From: Dipteris shenzhenensis
Taxonomy: Eukaryota
Strand: one strand, 5' to 3'
Assembly: GCA_047967505.1 (NCBI GenBank)
Contig: CM106538.1
Length of the DNA stretch: 64,000 nucleotides
The notes under the pieces were generated by a model. The model saw only the letters and a list, made by a program, of their open reading frames with translations, had not been told where the DNA came from and searched no databases. Shown here piece by piece: positions 1-13,249 of the stretch; position 1 is the stretch's first letter; each line of letters opens with the position of its first letter. The translations under genes were made by a program, and so were the position numbers.

Positions 1-1
1 T

Positions 2-172
2 GCATACGAGAAACTGTTTCACCGGAAGGTGCCCGAGTTGGGGGCCTTCCCATTGCTTGGAGCATGCGTGATTCCTTTCTTGGCACGTTACATATCCAAG
101 AAAGAGGCTGCTGCTGGGGATAGTAGTGCTGCGTCCCAAGCATCCACTGCCAAGTGGTTGTCTTGGGTGTGA
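2..172 (+). CDS. Possible C-terminal end of a coding exon running in from outside the window
   Basis: Frame 2 is open from the window edge (AYEKLFHRKVPELGAFPLLGACVIPFLARYISKK...KWLSWV*) and is followed by T-rich, 3'UTR-like sequence. No family recognised. Confidence 0.3.
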   Translation, partial: AYEKLFHRKVPELGAFPLLGACVIPFLARYISKKEAAAGDSSAASQASTAKWLSWV

Positions 173-469
173 GTTTTACTCAATTTGTCTGTTGTGTTTG
201 GAAGTGCATTTGTCGGCATTTATATGACATGTGATTAGTTTTTTTTCGAAGTTGCAGGAAGGATGTAAGTAACAAATCTACGATATGATCGTTCTATAAA
301 GATGTGGTATCTTTTACATGTAAGCTTCTTTGGGATACTCAGAACAGACATGCTATGATTGTAAATAAGTGAATCATCTGTTTAGGCATATGGTTGTTTC
401 CATTTGCAGTTTTATATGGATGATGGGTGTTTGGGACTTTAAGCAGAATTATATCAGGATCTTTCAAGG

Positions 470-2112
470 TGATCAGCTAGGAGATATGCAGAGAGAATTG
501 AAGTGCATCTGAAGTGTTTTGGGGATTGTGCGTGGGGATAATGTGTAGGTGGCGAGTTGTGTAGAGACCTCCCTAACTCTTGTTGCTCCCTGTTTTCCAG
601 CGGTCATGTCCTCTAATGAAATCTGCTTCCCTGCCTGGAGGATCTCCTGCTGAAGTTCCTGTAACTTCTTGATGTGGTCCTGCATCGATGAAGACTTCTT
701 GGGATCCAACAACCGCATCTGGACCTCCAGTGAGACCCTCTTCGGTTCAATTATACATGGACACTAAATGCACCCATATACTTTTGCCCGCTGACATGTG
801 CTTTACGTGATTAATCACCTTAGGAGTATAGTTAAGAAATATGAATTATCTTACCCTTGCATTGGCATGGTCCCACAGCTAGGATAGAGTCTCTGCCTCC
901 TTCTGAGCCAGGGTGCCAAGGTCCTTTGCAAGGGGATCTGGTCGGGCAACACCAATCAAGATGAAATCTGTTAAATCAAATGACTGTAACACAAACTCCA
1001 TCATCACCCACTAGACGCTGTAATTGAGCCCATCCAACTATCAATCAACTGGGAAGATGGGCAACACTAGAATTTTTGTCTTATTCTCTACCATCTTGGA
1101 CAGAGTTGCCATGTCGGAGTGAAGAGGTGACCTGAAAGAGAAGGTGGATGGGATAGAATGGGACTGAGGGTTGAAGAAAGGAGAGGGCTGAAGAAGAGGA
1201 TGAAGGGGCTGGCAGCCCAATGTACCTTCACACCTCGCTTTCCGTCCCTTGGGAACACCTCTTCTCTGATTTGAAAACACCCTTCAAAGTCACCCTTCGC
1301 TAGTCACCTGAACATTCTACTCCTCGAACATGTTTCTCCTCAAAGACACCTCTGAACAACACCCTATTCTTCCTCTCAATGTGTTGGCTCAACACTCCCT
1401 TCGCTCCTCGCGTCTCAAGCCAACCATGGCTTTGATATCATGTGAGAAATGCAATGGAAATGAATGGAAGAGAGAGAGAGAGAGAGAGAGAGCACCTCAT
1501 ACACACACCAAACTGAGAAGGAGAGAAAGGAGAGAAAGGCAAAGGAGAACTGCAAGCGATCTTTGGAGAAAACCCCCTAGCCCCCCCCAATAGGTCAGCC
1601 TGTTAGGGCAATGACCAACTGCACATAAGGGGCTGACCCCACTGCTGTATGTGGGCTGACCCACCTCTCGGGCTGCCCACAGCCCTATAAGAGGGGCTGG
1701 TAACAGCCCTACTGCTCCCTAAACTAGGGCCGGCCAAGCTGCCTCTGCCCCCATATAAGGGGCCCGCCTCTACTTGCATGTGAAGGCTGGGCAACAGCCC
1801 TTTAGGGCCGACCTGCCCCTACTCTACATAGAGGTTGCTATGCAGCTCTATAAGGGGGCTGCCTCCCCCACCTAATGGCTGGCCAGGCCTGGTGATAGGG
1901 CCGTCCCAACACCCTATACGAGGGGCTGTTGGGGCCTAGTCTCTTGCCCCAAAGGCACCTGCTAGCACAAGTAGATCTACCCTCATGGGATCGGGCACAC
2001 CCACAACAAAATCCCTCTCTCTGTCTATGCTAGCCTTACTCACTAGGTGGGCACACCCACAAGCAAGGCCCTCTCTTTCTATGGTGACATGAAGAGACGT
2101 TGACCTCTAACA
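470..2112 (-). mobile_element. Decayed 5' part of a Ty1/copia element: LTR (~1441-2112), tRNA-iMet PBS and gag remnant
   Basis: Minus strand reads ...TCTCACA-TGATATCAAAGC (PBS 1429-1440, consensus TGGTATCAGAGC); LTR probably starts TGTTAGA at 2112. Frameshifted UBN2-type gag follows (SSSMQDHIKKLQELQQEILQAGKQISLEDM). Confidence 0.7.
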
Positions 2113-2250
2113 ATACCATATCTATTACAAAGAGTCTCCTAAGTGATGGATGTGACTATGGGATGCGGGCTACCTTGAGGAGTCTAGCCCAAGGAATGTA
2201 ATCATGGAATGAAGAGAGAAGGAAGAGACATCATGCCACATATTTTTTAG

Positions 2251-2590
2251 AGAAATCCAACCAAACTATGATAGTTGTTTCTATATGCTTGAGCTAACCT
2301 CAAATGAACATCTACCTACAATAGTTGTTTCTATATGATAGTTGTTTCTATATGCTTGAGCTAACCTCAAATGAACATCTACCTATGACAATTTATGCTA
2401 CCAAAATATGACTAGCAAGCCATCATGGTTCCTCATCCCACAAGGCTATCTACAGAAATCCGACCAAACTATGATAGTTGTTTCTATATGCTTGAGCTAA
2501 CCTCAAATGAACGTCTATCTACGACATTTTATGCTCCCAAAATATGACCAGCAAGCCATCATGGTTCCTCAACAAGGCTATCTAGTTGAG
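2251..2590. repeat. Local direct duplications
   Basis: TATGATAGTTGTTTCTATATGCTTGAGCTAACCTCAAATGAAC occurs three times; the AGCAAGCCATCATGGTTCCTC block occurs twice. Confidence 0.85.
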
Positions 2591-4831
2591 CCTATACTAT
2601 CCTCAAACCAATACTTTTAGACACACACACGATACCATAGCATGGCATTTCAGGTACAAAATATGGTTCCTCCCTTTTCTTATAAAATAATGCTATGGAT
2701 GTGGAGGATTGATTCAACACTGGTGCCTAATGGTGTGTGTAAAGATTTCATGTGCACACCTTTCTTGCTTGCCAAATTCTTGTATAATTATCTCCAATAA
2801 CATAGTCAACCTTAAGCACATACTGTTCTGAGCTTATTATGTTGATACAAACTCTCTTCCAAGTGTGTAATATCAACAAGAATAGAACAATATCATGTAA
2901 GGTGAAAAAATTTAACTCTATATTCAATTGCACATGCTAGAGTTGCATTAGTATATGACTATTCTTGCAATTTTAATGAGATGACTCATAAGTAAATTGT
3001 TATAGATAGACATTATAATATCACATCCATTGCACACATGAATATCATCAAACCCTTACTGAAGTGGGCATGCAACAAACATCTTTTGTCATGCATGACA
3101 ACAATGCACATACATGTGACATTAGCAAGGCACTTGATTTTACATGCTCAAAGACACCATCAAATGCATGCTGCCCATACTATGCCCTCATTCCAGCTTA
3201 CTAGTAGGGGGGTGGCTAGATATAGCCACCTTTAGGATAGGGCAGCCTGCCCTTGAGGCTCAAGCTTCCCTCCTCTAACATCAATTGAAGCCAACTATCG
3301 GCACACATGATTCCAACAGAGGAGGGTTTTCAGGCAAAGAGAGCTGCTCAAATGTATTGCACATTGAGGATGCTATCTTCAGCAATTGTTCCACCATATC
3401 TAGGTTGGATATTGCCTAACTTTCAAGCCATTTTGTGCTATTGTTTAGTGACTATTTCTTGGTCTAATAATTTAATGATTTCAATCATCCCTGGCAAAGG
3501 CTATGCCACTGTCCAAAGCTAAATGTCTCCAAAGATGTGCAAGTGTCACCATTATCTAAAGCTAAATGTCTCCAAAGATTAACTGCTCAAAGAGGATGCA
3601 AGCAAGGCAATCTACCCGAATAGGCCTGACTAAGATGAGAGAACAAAATAGCCCAACGATGCACACAAGTTTGGAAATCTTACACAAAAATGCATAGCAT
3701 GATACAGAAACAAAGGATGAGCAGAAGACAAAAGAAATCCTTCTACAACCAAAACTACAAGAGCCTCGTCATCTCAAACCCTCCCCTATACAACTCACTA
3801 GCAGGGACAACCCTCCCCAAAAAACAAACCTTAGTGTTTGCAACTACTGTCCATTCCCTTCACCTTTTTGAGGATCCAACAACCAATATGGCATCTTGCC
3901 AAGTAGGAGATTATTAAGCACTTTGTCTGGTAAGTTTTAGAGCACCTGGAGGCCGTTAAAGCGCCAAATTTTGTAGTGTCGTCAAAAATTTGTGCCGTGC
4001 GATTCTTGGGGAGCCAACATCGATGTAGGAAGACTTTGATAAACGAGGGCATTACGTGCCAACTCCTTGCATTTCACTAGCTACCAGAAGTTTGGCTGGG
4101 AAGCCAAATGCAATCCGTGCCTGCAAACATTCAACACCTTAGATGCTCTCTATGGCATGCCTACGTGATCCTTCAACTGTCTTACATCGGTGGACACGGC
4201 CAATACTAGGACTCAGATTGTTTGAACAAAGGCTGTATGAATTGCTCTTAAAGCGTTAGCTTAGGGAGGTAAATCGAACCTTCAAAAAAAGCTCTTTGTC
4301 TTCCCCTTTAGCAGCAACATGGAGGAGGGACTTGGCTGCATCGACAACATTGGCAATATATGCTGCTAGCGATTGGCCGTATCTTGAGACACCTCCCATT
4401 ATTGGGAGAACAAGAGGATGCAAGAACGTCATAGTGCAGCCTGCATGATTGCTTCTTCCATAAAGGAGCTGACTGGAGGAATATAAAAGGAGCAACAGAA
4501 CAACCATATGTAGACGTGTGTTGGCCTGCTCTTTTCTTCAAAGACGGATGGAGAAGGAAGGATCCTGGAAAGCAGAACAATTTTTCATAGTTGAGATAGA
4601 GGATCGTCGGTTGTAACAATACCTGCAATTCTATGCAACTGTCAGTTCCCCTGTTTATCATCTACCATTTGCAATTTGTTGGCAGCTAGGATCGACATTG
4701 ATGGCTTTCTGCAACCTTGAGATTGTTAGTAGTCCTTTCGGGTGCCCATTTCATGACAACAAAGCTGGCACTAGCAATGATATGGTGTCCTGGGAGGGGG
4801 AAGCTTCAAAGGAAACTGAAGCCTTGATGGC

Positions 4832-5374
4832 AATATAGAAATTAAGGTTTACTAGGTCACCCCTTCTCAATTTAAAGATTATTCCAAAAGGTTGGCTTTA
4901 GTACGTGTTTTGAAGGCAAAAAGTTCAAAACTTTGACTTTTAGGATTTTGGGAATAATTCAGGCTACCCATATGTTTTAAAAATGGTGCATAAACTTATC
5001 CCTATTGTAAATATATTTCTGTAATTTTGAAGAATAATACTACCCCACATTTAGAACTCTCATGGTACACTTACATTTCCCAAGGTGACCCCCCAGGCTA
5101 TAATATAGAAATTAAGGTTTACTAGGTCACCCCTTCTCAATTTAAAGATTATTCCAAAAGGTTGGCTTAAGTAGGTGTTTTGAAGGCAAAAAGTTCAAAA
5201 CTTTGACTTTTAGGATTTTGGGAATAATTCAGGCTACCTATATGTTTTAAAAATGGTGCATAAACTTATCCCTATTGTAAATATATTTCTGTAATTTTGA
5301 AGAATAATACTACCCCACATTTCGAACTCTCATGGTACACTTACATTTCCCAAGGTGACCCCCCCGAGGCTATA
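4832..5374. repeat. Near-perfect 270-bp tandem duplication
   Basis: AATATAGAAATTAAGGTTTACTAGGTCACC starts at 4832 and 5102; the two units differ at only a few positions. Confidence 0.95.
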
Positions 5375-6114
5375 ATCTCCCATTAAGTGTCCATTAAAGC
5401 ATCTAAAGGCGTGTACAAAGAAAAAGGGACACACTCAAGCTTTCAAAACTACACATCTTGGAGCTACACCAAGGTATTTCAAAAGGATTCTTGACTCCCA
5501 TAAAAGATTTGAGGCCTAGTAAGGGAGAGCTAGACCACATAATCCCAAGTAATGATGAAAAGTAGGAGGAAGATCCTCTGTAGTAGATCTGCAATCCTAG
5601 TCCAAATGATCTTGGCCTATTTGGGGCCTATTTGCACTCCCAAAGGTAGTGCTAAATAGACAGAGTAGAACTAAAAGCACCAAGGATAAGAGTGATCAAC
5701 TTAAAAAAATAATCATTCACCACTGATTCAATGCAATCCAAGACCAAAAAAGAGAATGACAAGATTAAAAGACAGTCAAATCATCAAGATTAGAGATCTA
5801 TTTATGCAAGAAAGCATAGCGTCCTAATGCAAAGGACAATGAGAGCAATAAAGACAGAACAACTTTATAGAATTGTCTAGAATTCAAGAAAATGCAAGAA
5901 GACTGCATACTCATCACAAAAGGATAATTCCATCAATAGCATTCTAAAATTTCCCATGACATAAACTACTCTACCCAAACATGCATGTTGCATATTGGGA
6001 GCTTCTCGGCCTTTTTAAATATAAAACACCCTTTTGTAAATTAACCTTTCGATCTTAATTTATTTCCTTATGTATATATAAATCTGTAAGTAATGGAATT
6101 AATAAAAACCCATC

Positions 6115-6690
6115 TGTTGAACTCATGAGATAGGGTTACAAGGAGGTTACAAGTGACTCTCTCGAGCTTGAAGGCTTGTGAGTGTGAGATTCTTTCATGA
6201 GTGTGAGAGGCTTGTTGAGAGTTCTTATGCTTACATTACTTGGTTGAGATAGCCCCTTTCATAGTCTAGAGATAGATGCTCTTGGGGTGGCATATCTTGC
6301 TTCTTTTCTAGGGTTGCTTGAGTGTGGCAAAGGTACCTAGCCATCCTTGAGAAGTAATTACCATTCACAACAAGCAACCATGAGTGAGTAGTGCTTGCAT
6401 GAAAGCTTGTGTACCGTGAGGTGTCTAGAGGCCCGTAAACCTCACGTGGAGGGTGTGGAGTAGAAGAGTTGATGTTGAGAGAGAGAGTTGAGTTGTATAT
6501 TTTCTTTTGTTGTCATTTGTTGTCTTCTTTAGGTTAGGTTAGGTCGTATGCTACTTTACATTGTAGGCTAGATTTGTTGTTTTAGATTAGTTTGCTAGTT
6601 TTAGTGTACAGTTTGAGAGTTGGTCTCCTACGTGACTTCCATCATCACGCAAACACCCAACGGTATGTTTCTAGGCTACACAATTGGTAT
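6115..6690 (+). mobile_element. Putative LTR with PBS stub
   Basis: TGTTGA start at 6115 and ...CTACACA end at 6682, followed by ATTGGTAT (partial iMet PBS). No partner LTR or TSD seen. Confidence 0.4.
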
Positions 6691-7148
6691 GAATTCTTGA
6701 TGGCATTCCCAAGGAGAATCACGATGTGTTCACTGTGTTATTTCATGCAATACCAAAAGCCAGCCATGTCCATTACCCATACCAAAGTCGCATCAAATGT
6801 CTATGCTTTTAGATTCTAGGGCAATGTTGTAGCACTCAATTATTTGTAGAGTCGTCTTGTAGTTGCATGTGTGTGCTTTAGTACATATAATGTTTCCCTC
6901 ATCTTGGTAGAATATAATGTTTTGACAACCAATCCCTTTGCCGCTTGATAGAATGGAACATGGTTAGAATGCGTAAGGTAAGTTCGGACCACCCCAAAGT
7001 GGATAGGGCCATGTTCATAGGTGGGGATGGTGGTAGGAGCTTGAGGAGGGATAAGTGGAAGCAAGACGTTGGGAGAAGTATAAGAGTAGAGATAAGAAAG
7101 GCTTGAGGGGTAGACGGAATCAATGACAAGGAAGGTGAAAATAGGTCG

Positions 7149-7185
<37 letters not shown>

Positions 7186-7204
7186 GAATAAAGTTGCAAG
7201 GAGA

Positions 7205-7340
7205 GATTTCTTAGTTTTGTCCTTTGGTGTGTGTTTTATTTTGCTCTTTATGTCTTAATTCGGACTAGGTGATTTCTTAGTTTTGTCCTTTGGTGTGTGT
7301 TTTATTTTGCTCTTTATGTCTTAATTCGGACTAGGTGATT
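7205..7340. repeat. 66-bp tandem duplication next to a (GA)n microsatellite (7152-7180)
   Basis: GATTTCTTAGTTTTGTCCTTTGG...CGGACTAGGT at 7205 and 7271. Confidence 0.95.
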
Positions 7341-7828
7341 GTTTTGGAAATGTGAAAAATGAGAAGGATGAAGTATGGCTTTGATTCAATTACTATACAC
7401 CACGTTTGTAATGAGGTTGACTCAATTACGTTCGTAATGAGGTTGGCGATTGCATCCCAATGAAGTTAGGTCTATTCCCATGGGCGACAATGCAACCCTC
7501 ACAAGGAGCACCACATTGAGAAACCAACAATAGTTAGAGGGCATTTCAAAGCATTGGAGAGGAAAATTTATTGCATTTGGAAAGAGAAAGAAGAAATTTG
7601 TCATCCATGGGTATTACAGATGTATAGGGCAAAGCAATTGGATTTAAATAAGGAACAATGGCACTAAAGTTTTGTTGACATAGTAAGTTGTTGCTACCTT
7701 TGAATGGCTATATTTTTAATCATTTTTAGCTTTTGAAACATGCGTTAATTCTTGGTAGATGTCTTTCCATTGAATCATTTTGTTTGTAGCATATCATAGG
7801 GCTCTTGGAACTTTGGCACTCAATACAT

Positions 7829-9598
7829 TGTTGGGGAGGTGATCCTCGTAGGAGTGGTGTCATGACTGATAGGCTTGTGATTGGCTGTGGCACAGACACT
7901 TGGTCATTGGACCATGCAATAGGTCAAGCGTGATTGGAGATTATGGAGAGTCGTGGACACTTGGCAGTTCAAGAGAATAGTGTAGACGTTGCATGGAGGC
8001 GGTGTTTGGGTGGGAGTGATCATTCACGACTACAAAGCCCTACATGACGATTTTATAATTATCACGAGCCATAGAGCTGTGAAGTCGAGGTCCGTAAGAA
8101 GGCAGAGAAGTCCGTCGTCAGATTTACTGGCAGAAACTTCGAGAGCTGGTAGCTGTCGGCAAAATTATGGTTTATGCAGAAGGGCTTGTGGGAGATTGTG
8201 TCCAGAATAGAGAAGCAGCCGACAACCGATGAAGCAAAGAAACGATCGTGGAAGAAGAACAATGATAAAGCAATTGGCATGATGGCATGAGCCCTAGGAG
8301 AGGAGTACTTCCACCATCTTGAGATTACAAAGTCAGCACCAGGAAACTGGGCAATTCTAGAGGCACTGTTCGAAACAAAATTGCGTCATTCCAAAGCAAA
8401 TCTCAAGCAGCAACTTTACGACCTCCATATGAATGACAACGAAGATTTGGGAACCTTTCTGAACCGCATTCAGGCGCTCTTGAAACAACTTCAATGAGTT
8501 GGTGCCAATATTGAGGATGATGATCAAAAGGCTATACTCTTGAAAAGTCTCCCTTCCCGGTTCAATGAGATAGCGCGAATTCTGATGATGGATGATGAAG
8601 CTGATTTTGTTGATTGTGTGGGACTTCTTATGAGTGAAGTAAAAAGGGAGGAGGATCTCTATGGCGGCGACACTGCATTTACCATGAAAGAAAGAAGAAA
8701 TACAGGCAGAGACACTCGTGCATGTTATTACTGTGGCAAGCCTGGCCACATTGAGAGGTTTTGCGTGAAGAAACAGAAAGACGAGGAAGCAAGAAAAGAA
8801 AAGAATAAAGCTTGCATAGCCGAAGAGACAGCGACAGCCGGACTAGTCAGTGATGATATGCCAGGGCATTTTGATGGTTATGCAGTTTGGCTACAGCGCC
8901 AATCGGTAAGCTTTGACTCCTGGAAGATTCTATGCGATTGAGCTATGAGCTCAAGAGTATTTTGTGTGGAGTGTGATGTTTCTGAAGTCATGAGATTTTG
9001 ATTCTGAGTGTTTGATTGTAATGGTGACAAGTCGGTAGGAATGAGCCAAAGTTTTTTTGCTGTGATTTATTGTTTCAGATCAAGGGAGGATGTTGGGGAG
9101 GTGATCTTTGTAGGAGTGGTGTCATGACTAAGGTTTGGTGATAGGCTTGTGATTGGCTGATAATCATTGTAGACACTTGGTCATTGGACCATGCAATAGG
9201 TCAAGCGTGATTGGAGATTATGGAGAGTCGTGGACACTTGGCAGTTCAAGAGAATAGTCTAGACGTTGCATGGAGGCGATGTTTGGGTGGCGGTGATCGT
9301 TCACGACTACAAAGCCCTACATGACGATTTGATACGGCCTTTTATCGTTATCACGAGCCATAGAGCCGTGAAGTCGAGGTCCATTAGATAGGTCGCTGTT
9401 GTTGCAGCTGCACATCAAAGATAGGGTCTTTTGGTCTTGTAAGCCAACAAACTCAGTAGAGTTGAGGCGCACAACTTGAATGAATAAAGAGACTATTTGT
9501 GTGTCTGTATCGATTCCATTTGATCGTGTTCCAGAGTTGATTATTGAGAGATTCTTTATAGTCTATGTGAAGAGTCAATCTTACTTTGAATTCCAACA
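7829..9598 (+). mobile_element. Small non-autonomous gag-only LTR retrotransposon (TR-GAG-like)
   Basis: LTRs begin TGTTGGGGAGGTGATC at 7829 and 9091; 3' LTR ends TTCCAACA at 9598; TSD TACAT (7824-7828 and 9599-9603); PPT AGATCAAGGGAGGA 9077-9090; 5' LTR truncated at ~8093; no pol. Confidence 0.92.
8095..8941 (+). pseudogene. gag: Copia-type gag (UBN2 domain plus CCHC zinc knuckle) with stops
   Basis: GLWEIV...W..NNDKA, LKQQLYDLHM, ILLKSLPSRF and CYYCGKPGHIERFC motifs. Confidence 0.85.
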
Positions 9599-10759
9599 TA
9601 CATGAAATGTTACGAGTTGGTTTAATGTCTTACAACAAAAATATAAATTTTTACAAATAGTCATGCATCGTTTCAAGGCAAAATGGAGTTGTTCTTCTTT
9701 AGCTCTACCAAAGTTTGACAATAAAGAATGGGTTGTTCCATGAATACACACACTCGAGGCGTATCACGCAAAGGTGGGAAGTCATGCACTTGACCACATG
9801 AAGCCAACGTTTGGCTCAAAAAAAAACTGAACAATGCTTGTGGATATATTTGGGCCTTTTTTTGTAGGCAACAAACCTATTCACAAGATATACAATGTTT
9901 GTTTGCAAGGAGCCCTCACTAGAGTTTTTTATATAAGTTTTTAAAGGTATTCGAATGTAATGGAAATTCTTAAGCTCCATTCAAAACATTATAAATGTAT
10001 TATTTGATTTGGAGTATGGAAATTTGATATGTGATGAAGAAAGTAGATCACATGTTTGTCTGATACATATTTATAAGGATAGCGTTTTTATGCAGGCCTT
10101 TGGAAAGGCCCAATGATGTGGTGAAAATGGTCAAAATATCACTTTACAAAGTGTTTCTCCTCCTTGTTACATAGATTGGGATAATCATCAATTTTAAGTT
10201 GAGCAAAAATATCGTACTAAAGCACAAAAGAATTTGTTGATTTTATTAGGCAAGTTTGTAGCTGGAAAGGAACAGTGGCAAAAAAACTCTCTCCATAATT
10301 AAAATATGTAAAGAACATTGCACAAAATTTTGCCTCAATTGTAATTGCCAAATGGTAGAGCTTTAAAAAAATAAGTAGGTAGGTTTTAATCAAAGTTTAT
10401 TAAGATATGAAAAAATAAGATGAAGAAAGTATTAACGTTTAAAAAATATGGTAGCCTAAGTAGCTCTCTACATACCATATTTTTTGATCCACATCTATAA
10501 AGACAATAGATCAGTGGTTGTTGCAACATGAAACAATCATCCTTTGTAGTATTCGAGAAAGCACAAAACAACAAGATCATATATAACAAAGGAAACATTT
10601 ATTGTGAAGTAATCAGGAATACAACCGACTACACTTCCTCAAACTCCATTCTTGAAAGTAGTTCTTTGTATGACTAAGCCTAAGATGTGAATGCTACATA
10701 AATTCAAATTTCTACAAATCTCATTAGAGAGCTTGAAAATCAAAACAATAGAGACACAT

Positions 10760-10762
<3 letters not shown>

Positions 10763-10801
<39 letters not shown>
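10763..10801. repeat. (GA)n microsatellite
   Basis: About 19 GA units. Confidence 0.95.
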
Positions 10802-10805
<4 letters not shown>

Positions 10806-11203
10806 ATAGAAAACGACACTAAGATCAATATTCCATTAGATTGAAAAAGTAAGTGTGGAATAGGCCCTTGAAAGCATGGTCAAAGGCTTCCCTATGCATG
10901 GTGGTCATATATTACTCTCTCTGAATTGAAGTATAGTTCTCCTTGCAATGTCAAAGATTCATAGGCCCTGGAAAGGTTGGTTGATTTCTCTTTACACTTT
11001 TGAAGGACATTTGTATGTAATGAGGATGTATGTTTCTCCTTTTAAATAAAAATTTCGTCAAACAATTCCAGAAATTACTAATTCCGTCCTTCATGCAACC
11101 TCCTCTGTCTTCTCTGTCTGCCTCTAAGATCTCTCGGCGAAAAGCACGTCTCCCTCCTTCATAGCTTTTTCGGTGACGAGCATTCTGTCCTCATATCTCA
11201 CCA

Positions 11204-11915
11204 ATGGCTGTCGTGGCATCACCATTGTCACCACAGAAGGGATTACAGAAGGGATTCCAGTTCGATGGCTCGCCGTTGCCCATGAGCACAGCCCAGCTTT
11301 TCCAAACGGCGCGCACGGAAGGAACCAAGATTTTGAAAGGACAAGTGTGCGACCCGGAAGACACCCCTTCACCACACTCGATGTATGTTTCTCATACGAA
11401 AAAGCATGGAGAAGAGTTGGAAAGCATGGGTCAATCTGGCGACATGGACGGTATTTTGAAGGTGCTCGATGATGGAAGGGCACTCACGCACGGACAAAGT
11501 GATCAAAGTGATCGCACAAAATCTGAAGGAGCAGTCAGAGAAGCTTGCGGTGCTAGAAGAACTGGACAGTTTGGGCACGTCCTCTCTCATCCTGGTGTAC
11601 GAATGCTTCAAAGCCCTCGAGAGCGACATCGCAAAAGATTATTCCCACAAAGTAAAGTCCTTAGCGCAGCCAGTTCTTGTCCAATTTGGCCAAATTGTGA
11701 AGGATTTTCAACGTAAACAAGTCGACACGATGATCACCAAGACCACGGGAGATCTGTCCAAGGTGTGCGGCAAAATCGGGATGATTACCTTCGCTGCTGC
11801 TTTGTTTGATTTTGTGACCCATTTCAGCGAATACTATGACACACAGAAAGCTCAAAAGTACACGGAGGTCACTGCCAAGGCTCTTGCCAAGCCACTCTTA
11901 AATATGTACAAGGAC
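11204..11915 (+). pseudogene. Orphan coding sequence with one frameshift (~11468), cut at its 3' end by a LINE remnant
   Basis: ORF 11204 (MAVVASPLSP...GILKVL) and ORF 11469 (MMEGHSRTDKVIKV...KPLLNMYKD) join into a plausible helical protein. TATA-like TTTAAATAAAA at ~11041 and a CT-rich leader at ~11100; CpGs retained. Confidence 0.55.
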
Positions 11916-12850
11916 ATGCATCCCCTAATGCTAACCATCTCTCTGATTGTAGTCATGCCCTTGACCTCTATGAGTCTCCTGAGAAGGGAGATGCTCCTGC
12001 AGCAGGTAAAAACTAGGTATAAAGGACTTTCAGTTGTAGCTGTGATACCTCAAGGGCTCTTACTGCATAGTACATTCCAATAGAAATGGGTCCATAGTAC
12101 TTTCAGTTGTAGCTGTGATACCTGAAGGGATTTTACAGCATTTGATGCATCCTTTTTGTGGCAGAAGCTGTCCTTTCCCCATCTCTTAACCACTCTCTAT
12201 AGAGATCATAACTTAAGTTGCCAGCCTAGTATAGGGTCCACATTCTCTGTCTGTACCCTTGTCCAAGCCTTCTTTACTTCATCCATAAAATCTTTATTAG
12301 AGAGGTGGGAGACATTGAGGAAACATTTCAATAGGGCTCAAACATAGCTTGTGGAGAAGGGTAAATTGATCCAATTAATTATGGTGATACAAAATAAAGG
12401 AGCGGTTACCCACCATCCTTTGTTACACCAAAAAGACCTATCATGCCTATAGCAGTCCTTGTGTTTATTATGCCAGATGATGCCATTTGCAATTGATGTT
12501 GAACTCAACTAGTTGATGAACCAGCCTTTTCCCAGCTTGTATTTCAAAACCTGACATGTCTCTCTCAGGGTGTGATCTCTCATCACTAAAGTTAAAAACA
12601 TGAAGCGATCTAGAGAGAATCACGATGTGTTAGATCTGGCTTCAGAAGCATCTAGGGCATATGCATATACCTTGACTGCTCTACTCCCAACATTGTGCCT
12701 CCGTCTACCGATCATGGAAATTTGTTTTTCACATTACCACCACTACCCCTGAGGGCATTAGAATAACATTGATAATGGTTCAGCTGGAAATCAGTGAGCA
12801 CCCATTTTAACCTACTACGAGATTAATACTTCAGGGTAGTGATAATGCAA
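11915..12850 (-). mobile_element. Degraded LINE ORF2 fragment (endonuclease end and linker)
   Basis: Minus-strand peptides FMDEVKKAWTRV...GWQLKL and RWLALGDAC resemble the L1-type linker motifs; many stops. Confidence 0.55.
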
Positions 12851-13249
12851 ACTATCTGACACAGCAAACTGCTTCAACTGGCAGCACCAGCCCTTATATT
12901 CCATTGCCCAATAGTCAGAGTGTTGGAAAGGTTACAGGTCTGCTGACTCAGTTTTCCAAGAAGAACTGTTTTCTTATGGACAGTCGTTAAACCCTTGCTT
13001 ATTAAAGGCAGTGTAGCTTCCCTTCACCTTTAAACGTATGTGCTTCTGTCCTCACAAGATTCCTTCACCATCCAGTCTAAAAGTGGTATTTCAGTCAAAC
13101 ATTTCAAGGCCTTAGAGCAGACTATGTGCATGGGAGTATGGACACTTTCAAGGAACTGCAGGATGAGTTTTCTTATGACTAAAGTTTTTTGAATACTTAA
13201 GAAAAGGCATCAAGCTCAAAGCCATAGTAGTTCATTTGTGCCAGCAGTT

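Noticed and set aside
4256-4507. Ankyrin-like LLHVAAKG peptide
   Set aside because: Single short match with no adjacent repeat; likely chance.
9600-10400. Possible DNA-transposon inverted subterminal motifs (AGCTCTACCA)
   Set aside because: No TIR or TSD could be defined.
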